From Candidatus Electronema halotolerans (GTDB taxonomy: Bacteria; Desulfobacterota; Desulfobulbia; Desulfobulbales; Desulfobulbaceae), in assembly GCA_942493095.1 (NCBI GenBank), contig OW818675.1, positions 870,001 to 902,000 on the forward strand: a stretch of 32,000 nt of DNA, in the 5' to 3' direction. The stretch's first letter is position 1. The number at the start of each line of letters is the position of its first letter. The notes under the pieces are model-generated. The model was not told the origin of the DNA and did not search any database. It saw nothing but the letters and a program-made list of their open reading frames with translations. Shown here piece after piece: positions 8,035-15,186 of the stretch. Made by a program: the position numbers and the translations under genes.

Positions 8035-9384
8035 TTACTTCGCAGGCTTCCACTCCTTCAGGAACGCTGGCAAATGCCCTGCCTCACGCGGCCCAATGGT
8101 GATGGTCCACTCTGGCAGCTCCTCTTCCAGCTCGCCCTTGATGGTGGCGAGATAGCCTGGAATGATCAGCTCGCGGTGCTTGACCTTGTCGGCAATGCCG
8201 CACTTCTTGACAAAGGCCGCGATCAGGTCTGCGCCGAACTTGCCCGCCGCCCACGCAGTGAGCACGGAAAGTCCCTCGGTGTCTTTGATCAGCAGCCAGC
8301 TCGGCACCTTGGAACCTTCGATCTCGCCGGAAACAATGAAGTAGGTCAGCGAGAAGTTGCAGGTGATCAGCACCGGCGAATTCTCGTCCGGCCCAGTGAT
8401 CGGATAGATGTCCTCGGCCACGACCATTGGCCGCTGCGGGTCGGTGAAGATGTTGAGCTGCTCCAGCAAAAGCGGGAAGAGCACGTCGCCTTGGATGTCG
8501 GAGAACACAGCAATGGCGGCGTATTTCGCCATCAGCACTGAGCCGATCATCGCCTCCATCATCAGGTCGTCGCACATCTCGCAGGGGAAGGCGATGACCG
8601 GGAAGCCGAGGGACTTGAACTTGGCCTTCACGGCTGAACGGCGGGCAACAACGCCGTCCTCAAAGGCGGCCCGCAGGGTTCTCGCGCCGCTGTCAATCAC
8701 CATGTCCTTGACCCCGGCGGCAAGCAGCTTATCCACCGTCGCAATCAGGTCATCCAAGTTCTTGCCCTTCACACCGATGACACAGCCGGTTTCTTTGGCG
8801 AGCGCGGCAAAAGCATCGACATTGTCGGCATTTGCGCCGTAGAGCAGCGGCTTGTTGTCGCCGCAGGCAGCAGCTCCTGCTTTCAAATTCTCGGCATTAT
8901 CACTCATTAAAATGAGTGCCTGATTTGGTGCGATCTCCATAGCTTTTTTAGCTATATCTGCTAACGACGCACCGCCTGCATCTTTAATAGCCACTAAGCT
9001 GTTGCGCATCATCACGCCGACGCGCTCGTACTCTAAGGCAGCGGCTCGATTCAGTTTACTCTCAAGAGCGGCTGCATCCTCATTGGTGCTGACCAACACG
9101 GCCAAGCCGGTCTTGTTTTCAAAACGCTTCTCGTGCCGGAACTGGCAGGTCTCGCCGCCTGCGGTGAACTGGGCCTCGCCGCTGCCGATTTTCACCGTGC
9201 GGATTGGCGGTGCAGATGCCTCGCCAATCGTGGCCTTAGCCTCCTCGCTCACATCAGGACAGGCTGCAATTTCCGCCTGACCTGCCGCCACTTTCATGGC
9301 AAAGGCCAGACAGGTGGGGATGCCGCACTTGCCGCAGTTGCTCTTGGGCAGCATCTTGAGAATCTGTATACCGGTTAATGCCAT
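8035..9384 (-). CDS. acsC: Corrinoid iron-sulfur protein large subunit (AcsC / CdhE-like)
   Basis: The N-terminal [4Fe-4S] motif is KSNCGKCGIPTCLAFAMKVAAGQAEIAACP, and the length and context fit AcsC next to acsB. I chose ATG 9384 (MALTGIQILK...) because GGAGG lies about 7 nt upstream (cctcc at 9391-9395). The track start at 9402 adds 6 codons. Confidence 0.9.
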   Translation of the reverse strand: MALTGIQILKMLPKSNCGKCGIPTCLAFAMKVAAGQAEIAACPDVSEEAKATIGEASAPPIRTVKIGSGEAQFTAGGETCQFRHEKRFENKTGLAVLVSTNEDAAALESKLNRAAALEYERVGVMMRNSLVAIKDAGGASLADIAKKAMEIAPNQALILMSDNAENLKAGAAACGDNKPLLYGANADNVDAFAALAKETGCVIGVKGKNLDDLIATVDKLLAAGVKDMVIDSGARTLRAAFEDGVVARRSAVKAKFKSLGFPVIAFPCEMCDDLMMEAMIGSVLMAKYAAIAVFSDIQGDVLFPLLLEQLNIFTDPQRPMVVAEDIYPITGPDENSPVLITCNFSLTYFIVSGEIEGSKVPSWLLIKDTEGLSVLTAWAAGKFGADLIAAFVKKCGIADKVKHRELIIPGYLATIKGELEEELPEWTITIGPREAGHLPAFLKEWKPAK

Positions 9385-9474
9385 TTTATCCCTCCTGGTC
9401 AAAAAATCAGAATCAGAACACCGGGAACACGATTCGCTGTTCGCCCGGTAGCTGGTGCTTTGTTATTTAATCGC

Positions 9475-9735
9475 TTACTCGTAATGGCTCCACATGCGAT
9501 ACACTTTGATCAGTTTCTCATCTTCAAAAATTTCATAGACCAAGCGATGCTGCTTGTTGATGCGCCTGCTGATCAAACCATTCATGTTGCCTTTCAAAAA
9601 TTCATATTCCGGCGGATACTGCAAGGGATTTTGTTGGATGATCTCTATCAGTTTTAGAACTTTTTCTTTCAGGCCGCTGGAGGCTAACCTTTTGGCATCC
9701 TTCTGGGCTTGCGTCATGAATTTGACGGTGTACAT
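9475..9735 (-). CDS. yoeB: Type II toxin, Txe/YoeB family (86 aa)
   Basis: ...LKGNMNGLISRRINKQHRLVYEIFEDEKLIKVYRMWSHYE matches the YoeB C-terminal signature (SRRI..EHRLVY...I...R.HY). The ATG at 9735-9733 overlaps the antitoxin TGA (TGATG). The track's 9741 start is a TTG two codons upstream. Confidence 0.85.
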   Translation of the reverse strand: MYTVKFMTQAQKDAKRLASSGLKEKVLKLIEIIQQNPLQYPPEYEFLKGNMNGLISRRINKQHRLVYEIFEDEKLIKVYRMWSHYE

Positions 9736-9950
9736 CACCAATCCAGTTTATCCAGTGTAACACCGTTGCAATCCGGTTCTTTTCTGGCATCCTGAATGCT
9801 CTGAACCATGCCGTCAATTGATCTTAAATATTCATCGTCACTAACGTAATCTGACTGATCTAAAATTTTTATCTCGTTTTTAAAGTGCTTCAGCAGCCAC
9901 AAAAATTTTTCGACGATGCCATCGTCTATGCGCAATGTGACCGTTTTCAT
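9735..9950 (-). CDS. Putative cognate antitoxin (71 aa, family not recognised)
   Basis: This small acidic ORF lies immediately upstream of the YoeB-like toxin and is translationally coupled to it. It shares the same AT-rich composition. It does not look like canonical YefM/Phd by eye. Confidence 0.6.
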   Translation of the reverse strand: MKTVTLRIDDGIVEKFLWLLKHFKNEIKILDQSDYVSDDEYLRSIDGMVQSIQDARKEPDCNGVTLDKLDW

Positions 9951-9994
9951 GCTATCCTTTTCGATATACTACTCATTCAGAAATACAACGAACA

Positions 9995-10029
9995 GGAATC
10001 AGGCTGAAAACAACTCAACACCTGATTCC
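9995..10029 (-). terminator. Hairpin between acsB stop and the TA cassette (candidate terminator/insulator)
   Basis: There is a 9-bp perfect stem, ggaatcagg (9995-10003) with cctgattcc (10021-10029). On the minus strand it is followed by a T-rich stretch (tgttcgttgtatttctg). Confidence 0.3.
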
Positions 10030-10052
10030 CGTTTTGCATCAGCCAGCAAAAA

Positions 10053-12260
10053 TTACCCCATCGCCGCTTCCATCTCCAGCGCAGGATGGCCCTTTTCCTT
10101 CATAAAGGCCAAGATTTCCTCCTCAGTGGTGCCCTGCTCTTCGGTGGCGATCATGTCGTACAGCTCCGGCATGCCCAAATCAGCGCAGGCGGCCTTCAGC
10201 TTGTCGCTGATCTCGTCCTTCATGATCTTGGGCATCCAGACCATCCGCTTCAAACCGCCTTCAGCCTTGAAGAGCTTCTTGCTAGTCATGAAGTGCTTGG
10301 ACACACCCATGAAACCTGGGGTCTGCATACCGCCGCCCGCCATGCCCGCCAGCGTGGTGAACTTCATGCCGGACGGAGTCATGCCCATGTAGTCGCGGTT
10401 GACAACCATGATGCCGTTGCACTGGGGCAGCATGGCGGCAATAGCCTCAAAGCAGCCGCAGGCGGTCATCGGGTTGTTCATCAGCGAGTAGCAGCTCACC
10501 TCAGTGACTGCGCCGCGTGAGGCCTGATTGACAAAGTCATTGATGCCGGTGAAATAGCCGTTGTCCGGGTCAGTGCATTCGCCCTTTTCAATCGGCTGGT
10601 TCGGGCCAGTCGGGTTGATCTGATACGAAGCCTTGCCGTCTAACCAGTTGTAGGCACCGCACATGCCGATGCGCTCCGGTGTGATCACGCAGACATGACT
10701 GGGCGCAAAGGACTGGCACAGGGTGCAGGAGTAGAAGACCTCTTCGGTTTCGTCGGTCATTGAGCCAAGGCGCAGGTCGCGCTCTTCGTAAACCTGCTTG
10801 GCCAGCTCCATGACCTCTTCGACCTTATCCTGCACTGTGTAGATTTTCACCTGCACCTTGTCGAGGATCGCGCCGAACTCCTGATGCAGCTTGCCGTGCA
10901 ATACCTTGCCGATATGCTTAAAGGAGAAGCCCTTTTCCACCGCGCCCTTGCCGATGCGGATCCACATGATGTTCCGCTGGCCGATGTGCATGATGCCTTG
11001 GACGTAGTTGATCAGATGATGGAACTGACGCTCCAAGATCGGCTCAAAGTCGGACTGCATCTCGCGGCCTGCCACCTCAACCAGAATGGCGATGGGCAGA
11101 TTCTGGCCCTGCTGGATGTCGCTGATGTCCGGGCCTTCGAGAATGATTCTGCCGTCTTCAACCTCGTCCATCTCCTTGGAGATCAGCACTTCCACGCCGG
11201 TGGTGCGACCACCGCCGCATTCCATGTACAGGTCATCCTTACGGATGCGCTCGCCCTCAAAGGCCGGGCCAAAGGACATGGGAATGTCAATTTTGGTCAC
11301 GCTGACCTTGAGGCCGCGCACCTCAATGGCCTTCTGGACAATCTCGTCATGCGGCACCTGCGAGACAACGTGCTCGTAGGTGCAGATGCCGGTCGGCAGC
11401 ACCTGCGGGATGTCGTAGTCGGAGATGGTCGGGAAGCCCCAATTGATCGCCCCGGCAGCGTTGGCATACCACTCATCGCAGACCGGGCCAAAGGCCATGA
11501 CAAAGGCAAAAGTCCGATCTTTATTATAGATCAGGTTGCCCCGGTAATCGCCCGGCTTCACGCCACCAAAGGCCAGAGCCACGCGGCAGGCAAAACCGAT
11601 GGCAAAGACTACTGAAGTGTAGGACTTGCCGAACGGCACCAGCCGGGTATTCCAACCTACTTGGACATCATTTTCCTTGAGCAGCTCGGCCATGTTCTTG
11701 CCGTTGGACTGGTCGTGCATGAAGATATAAAGATTCTTCTCCTGTAGCTCCAAGGCAATCTTGGAGGCGACCTCCTTGTCTTCCGGCGTGCCGACAATGG
11801 CGGCAAAACCAGGGGCGGTGCCGTCAACAAACTCCACGCCGCGCTTGCGGAAGATCACGTCGTCCGCCGCACCCAGCCAGAGGTTCTCCGGCAGCGGGTC
11901 TTCGGTCTTGGTGTAGAAATTCGGCTCATTCAGATAGCGAATGGCCTCGTACATCTCCTCAGCGAAATAAGTGGCCATGCCCGCATCCAAAGCCGGAGCA
12001 AGATAGGGCAGCCAGATGTTGTCGCTGACAATGGCGGGCAGGAGCGTGCGGCATTCTTGGAAAATCTCCTTCATGTCGCCCAGCTTCTCCACCTTGGCGC
12101 CGAGCATCGAATAAATGATCGGCAGATAGTAGGCCGTGTTGGGGAAGGCAACCTCCTGCTCAGGGCCGTACTTCTTCAGGGCCTCCTCGTAGGCGGCCTC
12201 GGCCATATCAACAATGTTATGAGCGCCCCGAATGGCTGCGGAACAGATGATTTTTGACAT
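10053..12260 (-). CDS. acsB: Acetyl-CoA synthase catalytic subunit (AcsB / CdhC-type, A-cluster)
   Basis: The 735-aa product has the A-cluster Cys-Gly-Cys motif (NPMTACGCFEAIA) and a conserved N-terminus (MSKIICSAAIRGAHNIV...FPNTAYYLPIIY). A GGAG RBS lies upstream of ATG 12260. Confidence 0.95.
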   Translation of the reverse strand: MSKIICSAAIRGAHNIVDMAEAAYEEALKKYGPEQEVAFPNTAYYLPIIYSMLGAKVEKLGDMKEIFQECRTLLPAIVSDNIWLPYLAPALDAGMATYFAEEMYEAIRYLNEPNFYTKTEDPLPENLWLGAADDVIFRKRGVEFVDGTAPGFAAIVGTPEDKEVASKIALELQEKNLYIFMHDQSNGKNMAELLKENDVQVGWNTRLVPFGKSYTSVVFAIGFACRVALAFGGVKPGDYRGNLIYNKDRTFAFVMAFGPVCDEWYANAAGAINWGFPTISDYDIPQVLPTGICTYEHVVSQVPHDEIVQKAIEVRGLKVSVTKIDIPMSFGPAFEGERIRKDDLYMECGGGRTTGVEVLISKEMDEVEDGRIILEGPDISDIQQGQNLPIAILVEVAGREMQSDFEPILERQFHHLINYVQGIMHIGQRNIMWIRIGKGAVEKGFSFKHIGKVLHGKLHQEFGAILDKVQVKIYTVQDKVEEVMELAKQVYEERDLRLGSMTDETEEVFYSCTLCQSFAPSHVCVITPERIGMCGAYNWLDGKASYQINPTGPNQPIEKGECTDPDNGYFTGINDFVNQASRGAVTEVSCYSLMNNPMTACGCFEAIAAMLPQCNGIMVVNRDYMGMTPSGMKFTTLAGMAGGGMQTPGFMGVSKHFMTSKKLFKAEGGLKRMVWMPKIMKDEISDKLKAACADLGMPELYDMIATEEQGTTEEEILAFMKEKGHPALEMEAAMG

Positions 12261-12299
12261 TGAGTCAGCTCCTTAGTGTGCGTGCTTGGTTCTGTCCGG

Positions 12300-14927
12300 T
12301 CAGCCGACCAGCCCGTTGATCAGCGACTTGGCCATATTCACCGCCTTGGGATGGCGCATGATCATGACTTCGCCGCCCGCCATCAGCATGCAGGAGGCGG
12401 TGATGGCCTCCATCATGATGCCGCGCCGCTCCTGGTCGCCTATCATCTCGTCAGTGGGCAGGCCGACTTCCTTGGCCTTCCAGACCTCACGGCCCAAGTT
12501 GCAGATGATCGGCACTTGCAGCTTTTCGTCCTTCTGAGTCAGGGCGGCCAAGCGGATGCGCTCCATGACTGAGTAGGTGTACTCAATGCCGTAGCCGAGC
12601 GCGCCGACTGAGGGATCCATCAGCACAGTGTCAAGACCAACGCCGAGGTTTTGCAAGAGGATGTTGAGCTGCTTGGCCAAGTTCACGTCAATCGGCGAAG
12701 CAGCCACCACTGGATAGCGGAAGGCCATTGCGGTTGCGCCGATGGAGCGGTAGTTGCTGTCTTCCAGCGGAGCAAGGCAGACCTGCTTGTCGCCAATCAT
12801 GGAGGTGACTTCGCGCAGGGTCTCGGTGTCCTTGTCCGCATTGCCGCAGCCCCAGACGATCACCGGCACATCCACAGCCTGAATCACCTTGGCCGCATCC
12901 TGCGCCGCATCTTTGGCCGGACGGTTCGCACCATTGGGATCAGTGCCAGCCAGCCAGATGTTGATCGCATCCGCCTTATAAACATCCACGCACTTCTTGG
13001 CCCAAGCTGCCGGGTCGCCCATCACGTCGTCAAAATACTTGCTCAGGGTCGCAGGCCAGTTGTCAGGCTTGATATCCATCACTTCCATTGCGATCAGCGG
13101 CTTGTGCGGCATCTCGCCTTCAAAGAGATGGAACGGCATGGAGGTGGAGCCGCCGACAGTCACGGCCTTGTCACCGCTACCCAAGGTCACTTCCCGGATT
13201 GCCCCGGAGTAGTTCACCTTGTAGCTGGCCGCAGGAACCTTGCTTGCCCGCTCGGCAAAGGGTGCCTCGCCAGTCTTCAGTGCTGGCGCAGCCACATCAG
13301 CCGGAGCTTCTGCCGCAGGCTGGGCCGCTGCTTCAGCAGCCTCTTTCTTGGCCTTTTCTTCGGCCTCAGCTTTTGCTTTCGCATCCGCAGCAGCCTTAGC
13401 TTCCGCCTCGGCTTTGGCCGCAGCTTCTTCTTTGGCTTTTGCCTCAGCAGCCGCCTTGGCAGCGGCTTCAGCCTTAGCTTTTTCCTCTGCTTCAGCTTTA
13501 GCTTTCGCATCAGTAGCTGCTTTTGCCGCTGCCTCTTCCTTGGCCTTGGCCTCTGCGGCAGCCTTTTCTGCCGAATCATCCGCAACCGGCTGGGCTGGCG
13601 CAGCCGGAGCCACCGTCCTCGGTGTGTAGGTTGGCGGTGCCTCGCCCAGCACCTTGGCGGCATTGGCAAAGTTCATCAATGCCTGGAACTGGTCCTCGCT
13701 GAGTCCGTAAGCCTTTTTCAAGGCTTCCAGCCCCTTGTGCATGGACTCCAACGCCATGCGTCGTCCTTGCTCATTCATTTCATGCTCTCCCGCATCGTCT
13801 GCCTGTTCAGCAGGTTGAATCTCTGCCCCAACCTGCGGACGAGGTGCGGCGACGAATGCCTCCGCCTCCTTCCGGGCTGCGGCGATAATCTGTTCAGCCT
13901 CGGCCTTGGCCTGAGCCAGCAGGGCATCGGCAGCATCAGTCCGCACCTCGACGGTTTCTACAGCCGGAGCTGCGGTTTCTGCAATCGGCGCGGCAACGGC
14001 TTCTTCAGCAAAAGCAGGACGGGGCAGCAGACCGGCGCGCTCGCAAATTTCAGCGACAGCCTCCTCCCATTCAATCGCCATGACATGGACACCGGCCACG
14101 CCCGGAATCTCCTTGACCTGATTGATGATATCCACACAGATATTGATGCCTTCCTGCTTCTGATCCTTGGCATCCTGCATCCGCTTGATGACTGCGTCAG
14201 TGACATCCATGCCCGGCACAAACTTCTTCATGTAGCGGGCCATGCCCAAGGACTTGGGCGGGGTAACACCGGCAAGGATGTGCGCCTTCTCGGTCAGGCC
14301 AAGGTCGCGGGCCATTTTCATGAACTCCGCAAACTTGTCAACATTGTAGATGATCTGGGTCTGGATGAAGTCCGCGCCGTTGGCGATCTTCTTGCCCATG
14401 CGCACAGCCCGAAAGTCGAACGGCCAAGCAAAGGGATTGGCTGCCGCGCCAAGGAACAGTTCCGGCGCCTTGCCCTTCAGTGCCTCGCCGCACTGGAACT
14501 TTTTGCCGTCGCGCAAGTCCCGCATCATGCCAAGGAGCTGAATCGAGTCCATGTCGAACACGCCCTTTGCTCCGGGATGATTGCCGAACTTCTGGTGATC
14601 GCCGGTCAGACAGAGGAGATTCTTCAGGCCAAGGGCTGCGGCGGCCAAGATGTCGGACTGCATGCCGATTCGGTTGCGGTCCCGACAGGTCATCTGAATG
14701 ACCGGTTCCACGCCCTCGGCCTGAGCTAGCAGCCCCGCGCCAATGGACGACATGCGGACAATTGCGGTCTGGCAGTCAGTGATATTGACCGCATCCACTT
14801 TGCCCTTCAGTATTCGCGCCTTGGCCCGGACCACCTCCGGGTCACTGTTTTTGGGCGGCCCCAGTTCGCCGGTGACAGCGAACTGACCGCTGCGGAGCAC
14901 CCGCTCCAAATTGCTCCCCGATTTCAT
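12300..14927 (-). CDS. metF/acsD: Fusion protein: N-terminal methylenetetrahydrofolate reductase (MetF-like), long Ala/Lys/Glu-rich linker, C-terminal corrinoid Fe-S protein small subunit (AcsD/CdhD-like)
   Basis: The first ~300 aa (FAVTGELGPPK...VNITDCQTAIVRMSS...IQMTCRDRNR...LCLTGDHQ...GAAANPF...FIQTQIIYN) look like acetogen-type MetF. The last ~310 aa (REVTLGSG...MPFHLFEG...PLIAMEV...VWGCGNADKD...VLMDPSVGALGYGIEYTYSVMERIRLAAL) look like AcsD. It is a single uninterrupted frame. I chose ATG 14927, preceded by GAGGAGGA; the track start at 14930 is a TTG. Confidence 0.85.
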   Translation of the reverse strand: MKSGSNLERVLRSGQFAVTGELGPPKNSDPEVVRAKARILKGKVDAVNITDCQTAIVRMSSIGAGLLAQAEGVEPVIQMTCRDRNRIGMQSDILAAAALGLKNLLCLTGDHQKFGNHPGAKGVFDMDSIQLLGMMRDLRDGKKFQCGEALKGKAPELFLGAAANPFAWPFDFRAVRMGKKIANGADFIQTQIIYNVDKFAEFMKMARDLGLTEKAHILAGVTPPKSLGMARYMKKFVPGMDVTDAVIKRMQDAKDQKQEGINICVDIINQVKEIPGVAGVHVMAIEWEEAVAEICERAGLLPRPAFAEEAVAAPIAETAAPAVETVEVRTDAADALLAQAKAEAEQIIAAARKEAEAFVAAPRPQVGAEIQPAEQADDAGEHEMNEQGRRMALESMHKGLEALKKAYGLSEDQFQALMNFANAAKVLGEAPPTYTPRTVAPAAPAQPVADDSAEKAAAEAKAKEEAAAKAATDAKAKAEAEEKAKAEAAAKAAAEAKAKEEAAAKAEAEAKAAADAKAKAEAEEKAKKEAAEAAAQPAAEAPADVAAPALKTGEAPFAERASKVPAASYKVNYSGAIREVTLGSGDKAVTVGGSTSMPFHLFEGEMPHKPLIAMEVMDIKPDNWPATLSKYFDDVMGDPAAWAKKCVDVYKADAINIWLAGTDPNGANRPAKDAAQDAAKVIQAVDVPVIVWGCGNADKDTETLREVTSMIGDKQVCLAPLEDSNYRSIGATAMAFRYPVVAASPIDVNLAKQLNILLQNLGVGLDTVLMDPSVGALGYGIEYTYSVMERIRLAALTQKDEKLQVPIICNLGREVWKAKEVGLPTDEMIGDQERRGIMMEAITASCMLMAGGEVMIMRHPKAVNMAKSLINGLVG
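13325..13575 (-). repeat. In-frame coding tandem repeat (126-nt / 42-aa period) encoding the AKE-rich linker
   Basis: gctttcgcatc recurs at 13375 and 13501, 126 nt apart. The protein motif DAKAKAEAEEKAK recurs 42 residues apart within ...AEAKAKEEAAAKAATDAKAKAEAEEKAKAEAAAKAAAEAKAKEEAAAKAEAEAKAAADAKAKAEAEEKAKKEAAE... Confidence 0.8.
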
Positions 14928-15018
14928 CAATCCTCCTCGCCTGACCCGCCGCTGGGGCAGATCGTTATATTCTTCAAATTTTCTGTCAATTCTGGTGAAG
15001 GGGCTGGCCGAATCGCCT

Positions 15019-15156
15019 GTAGGGGCGAACCCCTGTGTTCGCCCTTTTTCCGGCCCGGAACAAGCAAGACACGGGGGGCTGCCCCTACGTGTTCATGAAC
15101 CGAATCGCCGGATCGACTTCGCGCATCCGTAGGGGCAATTCATGAATTGCCCCTAC
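15019..15156. repeat. Cluster of REP-like elements built on the octamer GTAGGGGC, ending in a perfect 28-nt palindrome
   Basis: GTAGGGGC is at 15019-15026 and its complement GCCCCTAC is at 15081-15088. The perfect palindrome GTAGGGGCAATTCATGAATTGCCCCTAC is at 15129-15156. A hairpin, gggcgaac (15023-15030) with gttcgccc (15037-15044), is followed by ttttt. ccgaatcgcc is repeated at 15009 and 15100. Confidence 0.65.
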
Positions 15157-15186
15157 GCATTACGAATCATCGGCAAAATCCGCCTG

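Noticed and set aside
12651-14729. A very long (692-aa) plus-strand ORF opposite metF-acsD. Similar long antisense ORFs include 145..993(-), 543..1238(-), 3138..4055(-), 5139..6032(-), 15142..15813(+), 15814..17103(+), 20259..21245(-) and 31028..31732(-).
   Set aside because: All lie antisense to genes with strong family-level motifs. Their translations are Arg/Gly/His/Leu/Pro-rich and low-complexity, with no recognisable motifs. Stop-free antisense frames are expected in GC-rich coding DNA, and the AKE repeat is stop-free in several frames.
15022-15049. A GC-rich hairpin followed by TTTTT that looks like a canonical intrinsic terminator on the plus strand.
   Set aside because: No plus-strand gene ends here; both neighbours are on the minus strand. 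I treat it as part of the REP-like cluster rather than a bona fide terminator.
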